Part shown: positions 18,834 to 28,716 of the stretch, piece after piece
Layout: the number at the start of each line of letters is the position of its first letter
Position numbering within the stretch: the first letter of the stretch is position 1
Virus record (IMG/VR): IMGVR_UViG_3300037510_000677
Span: 1 to 58,631 of that record
DNA from: a virus
Lineage: Duplodnaviria; Caudoviricetes
Reading direction: 5' to 3' (one strand)
Length of the DNA: 58,631 nucleotides
Notes under the pieces: generated by a model
The model's database searches: none
What the model saw: the letters and a program-made list of their open reading frames with translations, nothing else
Told to the model about the DNA's origin: nothing
Program-made: the position numbers and the translations under genes

Positions 18834-21800
18834 TTAAATAATGTAATATTGCGTTCCGTTACTATAAAAACTGAAAGAGGCATAAGCCACATTAATGACA
18901 GCACTTAAGCTCCCATCAATGTTTGCTCCCCCATCAACCGTTACCGTAATGTTGTTTACATTTGCAGCGCCTGATTCATCTTTAACAATGAAGATTTGAC
19001 CTGTGTTATCAGCACTTGGAGCTGGTAATACAACCGAGACAGGAGATGCTGTACCTGTTACGCCAATAATGTAATCAGTGACTAAAACGCTATAAGGTGA
19101 GTCGCCAGCAGCAATTGGCGTTCTGTTAACAATTTGTCCGCCCACAACATGTAACATCGCTTTAGGAGCTGTGGTACCAATCCCAACATTAACTTGATTA
19201 TCTCCGGTGCCACCAAGCACTAAAGAATTATCAGTATCAACGATTGCGCTAAACCCAACAGCTGTTGCATTGAGTAAATTATCATTTCCACAATCTGCAT
19301 TAGTGCCTAGCAAAGTACAGTTAATGTAAGAATTTTTAGAGCCACCAGCGCCAGCGCCAAGAGCAGTATTATTATTGCCACCGCCACCACTATCGCCTAA
19401 AAGACGTAAAGCTTGAGTCCCGATTGCAGTATTACTGGTATCAGAAATAAGGCTATTTAGAGCTCTATAGCCAAAGCCACAATTGCCATTTCCAGTATCA
19501 ATTGCTGTTAAACAGTCATACCCAAGGCCAGTGTTGTTAACGCCGCTTAATGTTGCATTGCCAGTAAATGAACCTGGAAATCCTGCCAACATGTTATTAC
19601 TTGTAAACGCTAAAGCGCTTAAGAACCCATAAGAATCGCCATTTGTATCGATATAATTAAGGCGACCCGTGTTGTTGTAAAGCGCAATATCATCTGTGTT
19701 TGCAGGGGTTGCTGGTAGAGCACCAGAAGAAGCCATTCTTACAGCACACACACTAGAAATGTTTGCAAGGTCTAAGGTATAAGCAGGAGAGCCTGTACCG
19801 ATACCGACATAAGCGCCTGCACCAAGAACGAGAGCATTATCGACAGAAACTTTTGCGTTATAGCCGATGGCTGTTGCATTGGTTAAGCCATTAACTGTTG
19901 CGTCAGTTGAAGCACCAAGCAAAGTGCAGCCAATATAGGAAGGCCAAGTATTCCCAGATGTATATCCTAGCGCTGTATTATTAATACTAGAGCCGCTATC
20001 ATTTAAACCACCAAAGGCACTAGTGCCAATCGCGGTATTATGATCGTCTTCTACTGAAGAAGATAAAGCGAAACTTCCGTAGGCTGCATTACCGCTTCCT
20101 GTCGTTAGAGAAAATAAGACATTTCTCCCACCCGCTCCGGTATTATTATTACCAGAGTCTATTGACGGCATACAGCTAATGCCTGCACCAAAATTATTAA
20201 ATCCTGTTAAGGTATTATTACCAGTACCATCTCCAATGAATAAATTATAGTTAGGTGCATCTTCAGACCCTTGAGAATCAATCGTAATTGTTCCGTTCGC
20301 ATTAACAACAATTTTTGGAAAATAATAAGCACCAGCCGCTAACGACAACAAACTCAAAATATTCGCTTTCGATGAATCATCGAACTCTAGCATTGCAGAG
20401 CCGCCATCGTTGTAAAACAAGACATTCCCGCTTGATGCAATAGCGGTGGGTGGAGCAGAGGTTGGCGCTAAATTAATCGCTGTAACATTTGTGCCATCCC
20501 CTAAATCTAGGGTATATTGCGGGTCAAATTGACCGCCTAATCCTGTTAAAGATGAGGTATCACCAATAATGGTTTGATTATCATTAGCTACCGTTACGTT
20601 ATAACCAATAGCAATAGAATTTGTTAGGCTAGATGCGGCAGCGTCAGAACCTGCACTATCACCAATAAAAATACAGTGAGTATAACTAGTACTATCAAGA
20701 ACTCTAGGGTCCCCAGCGCTATTACCAATATAGATACTTCCTAATGAATAAGTAATTAGATTAGGAGCCGCATAATGTCCCATAATGACGTTATTATTGG
20801 CTACCGATAATCCAGTGCCACACCCAAATCCATAAACGGAATTTCCATCACCTGCACCGCTTCCAATATAGGTAAAGGGCTCCATGCAATGAAAGCCAAT
20901 AATGGTATTTCTTGCTGAATATTGCGCAGGGTCGTCGTCCGGAGGAGGCGTTAAGAAAATATCTGGAATTGAGATATTGCTAAAGGTATTAACATCGCCT
21001 GTAATTGCCGGAACGTAAGAACCAAATTGTATAAAATTATCAATATCAGGAAGACCGCCCGAACTAAGGGTGCCTCCTAGTAACGCAAGCTTTCTATAAC
21101 TTGCCGAGCTGGTTATTTGCTCTGCAACCGGAGCTGAAATTGTCCCAACGCCCGTAATAGGATTAGGGTCGGTAGAAGCTTTTAACGGTGCATCAATCGT
21201 AATGCTAATAGCGCCTGCGCTACCCGTGAAGAAATCAACCCAACCAGAACCATCGATATAACCTTTAAAAACATCGTTTTCATTGTCATATAAAATCATC
21301 CCCCCGGTTGGTTGCGCTAACGCATTAACCGCGGTTTCATTCATTCTTGATAACAACAAACATCCGGTGGTTGATTGCAATTCAACCAATGCAGAATAAC
21401 TTGAGCTTGCAATGCTTTCATAACTGGTTGCAAGATTGCCTAAAAATAAGGTTGCCGTTTGTGTGTTACCGCTAAAAGTATTATTAATATAAACTTGTGG
21501 CAAATAAGCGTTAGCTGGTGTTGCAGGAGAAGAGTCACTTACCAACATCGCTCCAAAGTTATTGGTAAAGCCTAAAAGTCCTAAATCGGTGATAAGCTTT
21601 ACAGTATCAATGGTTGCAATAGCAATTCTTGGGGGCGCGACATCTGCAATCGGTACACCGCTATCCGCTAAGGTTCCAGGCGTTGCTCCAAAAATAACGA
21701 TATCGCCTGCAATCCCTGGCGCTATCGGGCTAATTCCAGAAATAGCAACCCATTCATCATCAACATACATCATCATGGATTGTAGGGTATTGTCGTAACA

Positions 21801-22082
21801 AATCATCCCATTCGTTGGAAGAAAAGTAGTTGCTGTACGCTGCGCTTCTGTCATTCTTGAAACAAGTAAGGCTGCGGTTACCGAATTAATTTCTAGCGCT
21901 GCTGAAACCGGTGAATAAAAAACACCGCTTGTGTTAAGCGCTTGGGTTAATCCCGGAGGAAGAACGTCGCTCCCTAATTGCATTTGATAACCAGGGTTTG
22001 GGCCTACGGTATAACTTAAGCCTGTGTCGGCAATAAGAAAGGCACTGTTAGTGATGTTGGGAGCTCTAAGGTTAATTGACAT
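18834..22082 (-). CDS. Long tail fibre with YadA-like NTAxG beta-roll repeats
   Basis: Many NxAxGxxAL repeats; NVGIGTTAPKAMLHVVG. Confidence 0.8.
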   Translation of the reverse strand: MSINLRAPNITNSAFLIADTGLSYTVGPNPGYQMQLGSDVLPPGLTQALNTSGVFYSPVSAALEINSVTAALLVSRMTEAQRTATTFLPTNGMICYDNTLQSMMMYVDDEWVAISGISPIAPGIAGDIVIFGATPGTLADSGVPIADVAPPRIAIATIDTVKLITDLGLLGFTNNFGAMLVSDSSPATPANAYLPQVYINNTFSGNTQTATLFLGNLATSYESIASSSYSALVELQSTTGCLLLSRMNETAVNALAQPTGGMILYDNENDVFKGYIDGSGWVDFFTGSAGAISITIDAPLKASTDPNPITGVGTISAPVAEQITSSASYRKLALLGGTLSSGGLPDIDNFIQFGSYVPAITGDVNTFSNISIPDIFLTPPPDDDPAQYSARNTIIGFHCMEPFTYIGSGAGDGNSVYGFGCGTGLSVANNNVIMGHYAAPNLITYSLGSIYIGNSAGDPRVLDSTSYTHCIFIGDSAGSDAAASSLTNSIAIGYNVTVANDNQTIIGDTSSLTGLGGQFDPQYTLDLGDGTNVTAINLAPTSAPPTAIASSGNVLFYNDGGSAMLEFDDSSKANILSLLSLAAGAYYFPKIVVNANGTITIDSQGSEDAPNYNLFIGDGTGNNTLTGFNNFGAGISCMPSIDSGNNNTGAGGRNVLFSLTTGSGNAAYGSFALSSSVEDDHNTAIGTSAFGGLNDSGSSINNTALGYTSGNTWPSYIGCTLLGASTDATVNGLTNATAIGYNAKVSVDNALVLGAGAYVGIGTGSPAYTLDLANISSVCAVRMASSGALPATPANTDDIALYNNTGRLNYIDTNGDSYGFLSALAFTSNNMLAGFPGSFTGNATLSGVNNTGLGYDCLTAIDTGNGNCGFGYRALNSLISDTSNTAIGTQALRLLGDSGGGGNNNTALGAGAGGSKNSYINCTLLGTNADCGNDNLLNATAVGFSAIVDTDNSLVLGGTGDNQVNVGIGTTAPKAMLHVVGGQIVNRTPIAAGDSPYSVLVTDYIIGVTGTASPVSVVLPAPSADNTGQIFIVKDESGAANVNNITVTVDGGANIDGSLSAVINVAYASFSFYSNGTQYYII

Positions 22083-22088
22083 AGATAA

Positions 22089-22514
22089 TCATCCAAAATA
22101 AGTTTGGTTAAGAAGTTGATAACTAAGGGTTGGCCCTGGCACGTTATCGGCAGGCGGCACAAATCCGGTTGGTGTTGCGGTTTCAAAAGTTTGTTCGTTT
22201 AAAATCACGTATGACACTTGATAATTTGGCGCAGGAGGAGACGCAGGAGTGCTGGTCACCATTTGGTCTAATCGGGGATTTTGAACAGGAACCGGGTCAG
22301 GTTGTAAAATAGGGGGACGCAATTGTTCATTGGGAACATCTGCATATTCAGGTCCTACTAAAAACCCTGTCCACACCAATGCGTTACCGCGCCATTCCAT
22401 TTGCTTGACAAGCTTGTCTCTGGGGTAAATAAATTGCGTTTTATCGCAAATACCAGCCGCTTTCGGGTGGTCTGGGTCAAGAAAATAATGTCTACCCTTT
22501 GGCAAATAACTCAT
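22089..22514 (-). CDS. Conserved small virion-module protein
   Basis: AAGICDKTQF...EW.G...V.PEY.D.PNEQL...DP..VQNPR; start re-called at ATG 22514. Confidence 0.65.
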   Translation of the reverse strand: MSYLPKGRHYFLDPDHPKAAGICDKTQFIYPRDKLVKQMEWRGNALVWTGFLVGPEYADVPNEQLRPPILQPDPVPVQNPRLDQMVTSTPASPPAPNYQVSYVILNEQTFETATPTGFVPPADNVPGPTLSYQLLNQTYFG

Positions 22515-23569
22515 GACCTTGACCATCCTTGCATGTAATCACCAAAGATACGAAGCGGCACCCGCTCACGGTCTTCTTCATGAGCCAAGCTGAATTCTTT
22601 AGCGGCTTGCGCTTCTAAATAAGGCACTTTGTCGCTTGCGTATTTTTGAGCAAGCTTAAACGCCAACTCTGCGGCCAAGACTTCTAAAAAACGTGCAGGC
22701 ACTTCAGGGTTGTTAACCATTTGTCCAATGTCTTGAATCTGCTCGGTATAAGAAAAGAAAAAGCAGTTGTATTGCGGACTTGGCGTTGGCCATAAATACA
22801 AAACCGGATTGATTTGCCTATCTACCCAATACAAGGTTGGCTGTGAACTGGTTGGCACACTCTTGTAAGGGTATGACATGTATTCAGATTCCGACACGCG
22901 CGTCATAATCGTGTCGTTGACATTATTGTTAAAGTAAAGTTCGCTAATGTTTAAAGTAGCACCACTCGTTTCTCTAATTCTAAAAGCGGTTCCGTATTTA
23001 GGACTTTGAATGGTAAACCATTGGATAATACCCGCTGGGTAAGATTGCTCGGGTAAAACACTCAAGGTTATCCAATTGATGTTATCAACCGAATACTCCA
23101 AAGCTAATGTATAGTTTCTGGTAACAAAAGATTGAACCCCAACCAAGGTAATAATGTAATTAGGATTTGTCCACGCATAGGAAATGTACCCATCAGGGGC
23201 GTTTTGAGTGCAGGCTGTGTTCGGGTTACCATCGAACGCGTTGGCTGCTATTCCTCCTGCACTCGTAAACGCAGTCCCATTCAAATTACGCACCGATTGC
23301 CGATTTAAGCCTTCTAAAATATCAATGATATAAAGGGGCAATTGATACTGATTTTGATAGGGAATCATCATCATCATGGCACTTCGTCTTAACCATAAAT
23401 TAAGACCGCGGTTAGGCCATGACTGCAAAATAAAATTCAGTGAACGTTGGGCTGAGGTGATTTTGGTTTCATCTAACTGCGCAGGAATAAAGCCAATGCG
23501 CTCGAACGCATCGTCTATAAATTCCCTGCTTTCGGGGCTGCTAAAAAGATAAGTGCCAGAGGTTGCCAT
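22511..23569 (-). CDS. Tail tubular / adaptor protein with inserted carbohydrate-binding-like domain
   Basis: MATSGTY.F...AFERIG...SAQRSLN...WPNRGLNLW; AFDGNPNT insert; YLWPTP. Confidence 0.75.
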   Translation of the reverse strand: MATSGTYLFSSPESREFIDDAFERIGFIPAQLDETKITSAQRSLNFILQSWPNRGLNLWLRRSAMMMMIPYQNQYQLPLYIIDILEGLNRQSVRNLNGTAFTSAGGIAANAFDGNPNTACTQNAPDGYISYAWTNPNYIITLVGVQSFVTRNYTLALEYSVDNINWITLSVLPEQSYPAGIIQWFTIQSPKYGTAFRIRETSGATLNISELYFNNNVNDTIMTRVSESEYMSYPYKSVPTSSQPTLYWVDRQINPVLYLWPTPSPQYNCFFFSYTEQIQDIGQMVNNPEVPARFLEVLAAELAFKLAQKYASDKVPYLEAQAAKEFSLAHEEDRERVPLRIFGDYMQGWSRS

Positions 23570-23581
23570 TTCATCTCCTTA

Positions 23582-23773
23582 TCAACGCCCGCGGTTAATC
23601 CGCTTTAAAGTGTTTGCAAGGTTTGCTCTTTTAGCGAGTTTTGGATTTGAAGAGTGCATCGCTTTTTCAAGTTTTTGTTGCGGAATCTTTTCCCCCCCTG
23701 GAACTTTTAGCGCTTTATGGAGAGCCCCAGGATGCTTAATAGCGCCAGAAATCCATCTACGCTTAGCTTCCAT
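23582..23773 (-). CDS. Small basic conserved phage protein
   Basis: WI..AIKHPGALHKAL.VP.GEKIP..KL.KA...KRANLA.TL. Confidence 0.8.
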   Translation of the reverse strand: MEAKRRWISGAIKHPGALHKALKVPGGEKIPQQKLEKAMHSSNPKLAKRANLANTLKRINRGR

Positions 23774-24507
23774 TAGAGAATGCCTTGCTGAATAAAGTTA
23801 AAAACCGCTTGTCCGTTTAAATCGTCCGATTGTGCTGTCACCACCATGCAGTAATAACGACACACATCCCGTAAAGTTGCTTGATAAGAAGTTCCAGCAT
23901 TAGCTGTGCCATCGTTAATAACAGTGGTAAAGGCTTCTGCGTTATCGCTTTGCGGAATAACAATGCCTTCAGTAACCCCTGTAAAACTTAATAAATTGTT
24001 GTTTAAGCCAAGGGTTGTTGGGTCATTGCTGGTATAGCAAAAATCAAGATCTAAACTTCCGGCATTCCCTGCAATGGTGTATTGCACACTCAAAGCATTC
24101 GCCGTGTTGTGATAGTTGTATAAAATCCAATCGGTTCTACCCGTGGTACCCATGCCAGCAGTAACACCGCTTCCTCCAACAGCAGCACTCGTTGTAATCG
24201 AAGTGACACTGTTAAAAAGTTGGTCTGTTTCAACCGTTGCATTAGTGTTAGGGCCTGCTAGCGTTTCAGAAACCACTTGACCGTTTAAGGTTCCGGTAAT
24301 GGTAAAGTTAACCCCTCTTAAATCAGGGCCGCCTAATGCACTGGTAAGACTTGCAACACGCGCCATCTTATAAAAAATGGCCCCTAAGCCTAAGGTTCTA
24401 TTAACCAGTGAACCATTAATGACCAAACTTCCGGCACCGCCTAAGGTTTGGGAAGTCGCAACCCCGTTTTTAGTTGCGATAGGCCATGTAATGGTTACTG
24501 GTTTCAA
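23773..24507 (-). CDS. Virion structural protein
   Basis: Beta-rich, FTITGT.NG..VSETLAGPN motif; TTG start. Confidence 0.7.
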   Translation of the reverse strand: MKPVTITWPIATKNGVATSQTLGGAGSLVINGSLVNRTLGLGAIFYKMARVASLTSALGGPDLRGVNFTITGTLNGQVVSETLAGPNTNATVETDQLFNSVTSITTSAAVGGSGVTAGMGTTGRTDWILYNYHNTANALSVQYTIAGNAGSLDLDFCYTSNDPTTLGLNNNLLSFTGVTEGIVIPQSDNAEAFTTVINDGTANAGTSYQATLRDVCRYYCMVVTAQSDDLNGQAVFNFIQQGIL

Positions 24508-24516
24508 GATGTTTCC

Positions 24517-24744
24517 TTAGTCAGCTTTTGTTTCAGCGTCTTGTTCAGCTTTCAATGTTGCTAACGTATCTTGGTAAGCTTGTAAGGCTCCGTCCAAAAT
24601 CTTTAGGTTGCCGTTTAGGTTTTCTTTTCCGGTCATAAACTTTTCAATATCAGCACTAATCGTGGCTAAGCCTGTTTTGTGCTGTTGAATTTGTTTTTGA
24701 ACTTCTTCAATTTTTGCTTCTAATGAAGCGATTGCTTTACTCAT
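24517..24744 (-). CDS. Short coiled-coil protein (fibre assembly factor?)
   Basis: Heptad pattern, GALQA; follows fibre gene. Confidence 0.6.
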   Translation of the reverse strand: MSKAIASLEAKIEEVQKQIQQHKTGLATISADIEKFMTGKENLNGNLKILDGALQAYQDTLATLKAEQDAETKAD

Positions 24745-24764
24745 CTTTTATCTCCCGTGAGTTT

Positions 24765-26723
24765 TTAAGTTAAATTTAAAACGTAATATGAAATGAACCA
24801 CTTGACCGTACTGTCGCCAGCTGTAAAGTCTCCACCCGTATTACTAATGAAAATTCCTAGGTTTACCGTGTCTGTTGCCAAGTTGTTGGTTAAAGTGCCG
24901 CCAGCTGCAATAACGTGGTTAGCCGTAGAAGATATTAAGAAGCCTGCCGCAATGGTTCCAGAAGCATGAGTGCCGCCAGCATTTGCCGTATCGCCATATT
25001 GGAGCGAAATACCACCGCCGCCTGAATATTGCGTTGTGCCGTAAACAATCTCATACCAAGAATCAAGAACCACGATTAAGGTGTTAGCACCTTGCGCAGC
25101 AATTAACTCCACTGGGTCAGTACTCATGAAGAGCAAATCTGCCGAGCTTAACGTGCCACTTGCAAGCTGAACCGTGTTTGACCATTGAAGTGTGGTAACG
25201 TTGCCGGCAATCGAGGCAACCGTTGCGGTTTGCCCAACCGTACCTGTTGCATTTGGATACTGAAGGTTATAACTTGAACCGCCTGTTGGTGGCCCATATA
25301 AGCCAACATAGTTTGCTGAGGTGTTATCAAATACCCGGACTTTTCCAAAACCTCCGCTAGAGGCAACCGCTAAGCTTCCCGTTCCTTTACAGAACAAGTA
25401 AGCATCAACGTTTGTATCGGTTCCCGTTAAAGACACTCTTGCTGCTGCTGCAGCACCACTAGCTCCCGCTTGACCGCCGCCTAACACGAAATAGTTAGTA
25501 GCAACCCCTTGGGTAACAGGCGTAATGCCTAATTGTTGGAAACCTGCAATTGAAAAGAAAATCGAATCCGTGGCTGCATTGCTGTAATACATCCCGCTAT
25601 TGTTAACAGAGTTAAACGAATAGGTAGGTGCATTGACAGAACCATCCGATAAACGGATAACGCTTGCCGCAGCAGCGGATGTAATAATCCCAGTGCCACC
25701 AATCGTTACTTGCGAATTTTGCGTTAACTGTCCACCCGTTGTGTTCCAGGTAGCAATAGCATTTTGAGTGGTTGCCCCTCCAACGCTTACATTGCCAGCT
25801 GCAACAAACGATAAAACACCAGCCCCATTCGTTGATAAAACGGTGCCATTTGCGCCATCGGCTGTTGGAAGTGTAAAGGTAACGGTTGCCCCAGCATTAC
25901 CGCCTAAAAGGCCCGTATAATGCGTTTGAGCAGCATTCCAAAACTTAACCAATCCGCCTTCTGCGCCCGCTTGCGCAGGTAAAACGCTAACGCCGCCAGC
26001 CCCAGAAGGAAGCAGCCCAATATCAATATCAGCGTCTGCCCCTTGGGTGTAGAAGAAGGGCATAGAGCCTGTAGCAGCCCCAACGACTGTTAAAAAGTTA
26101 ACAGCATTATTGGCGGAGTTAACCTCAAATTGCGTGCCACCTTGTGCAGCAAAATCAAGAATGTAACCGCCTGAACTAAAAATCCCGGTGGTTAAATCAC
26201 CCGTAAAGGTGTAAGAAGGCGCGTTAACACTGCCGTTATCATTAGAGATATAAGCATTGTTTGGAATAGTGACGACACCGGTGTCACTAATTAAAACCGT
26301 TGAGTTTTCAAGCGCTGTTCCAAGAGCATTGCCCCAGCGGACAATCCCGTTTACCGTCGAAGCCGCTGGTCCTACAACAAATCCCCCAGGAGGAGCTGCT
26401 GCAAAGGTTACCCAATTGCCTGCTTGATAAAATTGGAAAGCATCTAAATCTGTGTCATAAACTTGAAAGCCTTCCGTTACATTCAGCGCATCTTTTTGCG
26501 CAGTCGTCATTCTAGCGTTTAACAAACCACCTAACGTGGATTGCAGCTCTAAAGCAACAGACACTGGCACCGTTTGACCGTTTACAACAACCGTTGTAAG
26601 GCGTGGAGCACCATCGCTGCCCCACGCTGGTAAACCATTACCAGCAGGAGCCGTATTAACGCTGTCAGCAATTAACTGACCTGTTAGACCTACCCCAGAT
26701 GGGGCCGCTAAATTAATAGCCAT
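24765..26723 (-). CDS. Fibre protein (head or tail fibre)
   Basis: RMTTAQKDAL...YDTD module, duplicated GSVNAPxYxF, TLPTADG. Confidence 0.75.
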   Translation of the reverse strand: MAINLAAPSGVGLTGQLIADSVNTAPAGNGLPAWGSDGAPRLTTVVVNGQTVPVSVALELQSTLGGLLNARMTTAQKDALNVTEGFQVYDTDLDAFQFYQAGNWVTFAAAPPGGFVVGPAASTVNGIVRWGNALGTALENSTVLISDTGVVTIPNNAYISNDNGSVNAPSYTFTGDLTTGIFSSGGYILDFAAQGGTQFEVNSANNAVNFLTVVGAATGSMPFFYTQGADADIDIGLLPSGAGGVSVLPAQAGAEGGLVKFWNAAQTHYTGLLGGNAGATVTFTLPTADGANGTVLSTNGAGVLSFVAAGNVSVGGATTQNAIATWNTTGGQLTQNSQVTIGGTGIITSAAAASVIRLSDGSVNAPTYSFNSVNNSGMYYSNAATDSIFFSIAGFQQLGITPVTQGVATNYFVLGGGQAGASGAAAAARVSLTGTDTNVDAYLFCKGTGSLAVASSGGFGKVRVFDNTSANYVGLYGPPTGGSSYNLQYPNATGTVGQTATVASIAGNVTTLQWSNTVQLASGTLSSADLLFMSTDPVELIAAQGANTLIVVLDSWYEIVYGTTQYSGGGGISLQYGDTANAGGTHASGTIAAGFLISSTANHVIAAGGTLTNNLATDTVNLGIFISNTGGDFTAGDSTVKWFISYYVLNLT

Positions 26724-26735
26724 AAAGCCTCCAAA

Positions 26736-27647
26736 TTAGGGTCCATTGCTACCGTAAGCTGCTCGGAAGTTAGATACCCCAAAACTGTATCTTTCCACAG
26801 CTTTTGCAAGTAAGTTGTCGGTACTAAATTCTGTGTAAACGTCAGTTTTAACTGGTGTTCTAACATAATGTTTAAACCCATCTGGCGCATCTGTGAGCAG
26901 GTACCAAGCATTAGGTTGGTATGGTGTCAGGTATTGGTTAACCCGGTAACCTTGTGGAACCATCTGCAAGTTGTAGAGCGCATTGATGTCATTTAGTTGC
27001 GTACCAACGCGGAAAGAAGATTGGAGCAATCTTTCAGCGGTAAATTGTCCTTGTGGAGGTACAATCAATTTCAAAGGTTTAGTTTGGATGATAAGGCCTG
27101 CTTGGTCTTTGAATTGCTGAACCGTCACAATCGCGGCTTCTAAAGAAGCTTCAGATAAGTCCGCTTGTACAACGGGGGTATTAGCAACAACGCCACCTGC
27201 TGTAATCGGGTGATTCAAAGAAAACAATGGCTGACCGTCACCAATTGGGAAGGCTGCATTAAAGCCATTGTTAAGAATTGAAGCGCCTAAAATTTCCTTG
27301 GTCTGAGCTAAGGATTTCTTTAAAGCTCTAACCATTAATGGGAATTTTGACTTGTAAAGGTTGTCTTCCATTGCTTGTTGCGTAATCGCAAAGCTTAATC
27401 CGACGAACTTATGAACATAAGAAGTCGTGATAGCTTGTTGCATGGAATCAACTGCGGTTGGCGCACCTTCTGGACGAATTTGCGCAAGCCCTAGCATCTT
27501 CATTTCTTCTTCGATTTCAACCGCTTTATCTGAGTGGTAGACTTCGAAAATTTCCGACCATTGTGATGGGTACTGTGGATAGTCCCCGAAAACTGCGGCT
27601 AATCCAGGTCGTAAGAGATTAGCGATTTGAGTAGTATTAATTGCCAT
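26736..27647 (-). CDS. Major capsid protein (Mu gpT-like, HK97 fold)
   Basis: LRPGLAAVFG..Y, EDNLY, GDGQPLFS..HP, LIVPP, KAVERYSFG. Confidence 0.88.
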   Translation of the reverse strand: MAINTTQIANLLRPGLAAVFGDYPQYPSQWSEIFEVYHSDKAVEIEEEMKMLGLAQIRPEGAPTAVDSMQQAITTSYVHKFVGLSFAITQQAMEDNLYKSKFPLMVRALKKSLAQTKEILGASILNNGFNAAFPIGDGQPLFSLNHPITAGGVVANTPVVQADLSEASLEAAIVTVQQFKDQAGLIIQTKPLKLIVPPQGQFTAERLLQSSFRVGTQLNDINALYNLQMVPQGYRVNQYLTPYQPNAWYLLTDAPDGFKHYVRTPVKTDVYTEFSTDNLLAKAVERYSFGVSNFRAAYGSNGP

Positions 27648-27650
27648 TTC

Positions 27651-28367
27651 TTATACCCCTACCGTGCCAGTGCCACCCTTGTATGGATGGTTGTTGATAA
27701 TGACTAGAACGTTATTGAAAACGCCTGTGATGATTCCCCCGTTATTGGCGTAAGGAACCTGGGTTGGAGTTGGATTTGGCTCAAAATCAACGATTTTTAA
27801 GGCTCTGGTAGCATTCCCTGTAGCAATTGTTGCTTGGTCTAAAAAGACTGCTGATTTGCCCGTTGTGGTCGAGCCCGTTAATGGATTTGAAGGTGGTGTA
27901 TAAGCGCCGCCCGGGCCATTAACTGCATTAAAAGAGTTAGGATTTGCACCGATTGCCCAGTTTGCATTGCTGTTAAGGTCTGCAATGGTTGCACCGATTG
28001 CATTAGCAGGATTTCCATTAATAGAAACCTGAATGCTATAGATGATATTTGGGTCGTCAGTTACAAAAGCGGTTGCATAGCCGCCAGCTTGCACAGCAGT
28101 TCCTGCTGTCCAATAAGCTGAAAAATTATAATTGCCATTAACGTCGTACCATTCAACGCCTTGGAAGGAACCTAAAATAGGATTACCATCACCAGCGGTT
28201 GCAATTCCGATAACGCCGTTAGCAAGAAGTGTTACGGGGTCTCCGGTGAAAAGAGAAGTACCGTATGCAGAAGTAATTCGATATTGACGCGTTTGGTTGT
28301 TCCAAGTGGAACCGCCTAGATAATAGCGAGGCTGCAGACCAAACGGCGCATTAACGCCATAAGCCAT
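27651..28367 (-). CDS. Capsid-associated / decoration protein
   Basis: APFGLQP...Y.I.S.YGT.LFTGDPV...DDPN; start re-called at ATG 28367 with GGAG RBS. Confidence 0.7.
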   Translation of the reverse strand: MAYGVNAPFGLQPRYYLGGSTWNNQTRQYRITSAYGTSLFTGDPVTLLANGVIGIATAGDGNPILGSFQGVEWYDVNGNYNFSAYWTAGTAVQAGGYATAFVTDDPNIIYSIQVSINGNPANAIGATIADLNSNANWAIGANPNSFNAVNGPGGAYTPPSNPLTGSTTTGKSAVFLDQATIATGNATRALKIVDFEPNPTPTQVPYANNGGIITGVFNNVLVIINNHPYKGGTGTVGV

Positions 28368-28444
28368 GGAAAAATCTCCAATGTCTGCTATCTGTGAAGA
28401 TAAATAGCAATAAATTTTGAACAATTACGCTTTCGCGTATCCGC

Positions 28445-28578
28445 TCTGATTTATGGCTCAGACAACCGGAGGGTTTTCCCTCGACCGCTTAGCAGCTCAG
28501 GCCCGCTGTTGCATGATTTATGGCTCACACAAAACCTGAGAGTTTCCTCTCGGCCGTTTAAAGACTCATGCCCGTCTT
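28445..28578 (-). ncRNA. Tandem structured RNA motif (two three-hairpin units) in the capsid leader
   Basis: Units 28510-28578 and 28445-28508 show compensatory stem changes and conserved loops GGGC(A/C)TGA and GCCATAAA. Confidence 0.65.
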
Positions 28579-28682
28579 GGTCGGCGTTTTTAATGAAGGA
28601 GTAGAAGGTCGCAGAAAATAAGGTAAAAACTGCGAACCTTTAAATCTCTTGCAGTACGCCGGAAACTGCCCGAGATTCTTTT

Positions 28683-28710
28683 ATTGTATCAACCGAAATG
28701 AACCTTACAA
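28683..28710 (-). promoter_or_regulatory. Sigma70-like promoter for the capsid genes
   Basis: TTGTAA-N16-TACAAT. Confidence 0.5.
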
Positions 28711-28716
28711 GTGCAT

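Noticed and set aside
28445-28578. Glycine riboswitch (AAACTCTCAGGT), pistol ribozyme (CTAAGCG) or c-di-GMP riboswitch identity for the tandem motif
   Set aside because: Each submotif occurs in only one copy and the other required helices and conserved bases are missing; kept as an unassigned motif
28445-28578. Mini CRISPR array
   Set aside because: Only two copies, and the intervening sequences are homologous to each other rather than unique spacers; no cas genes
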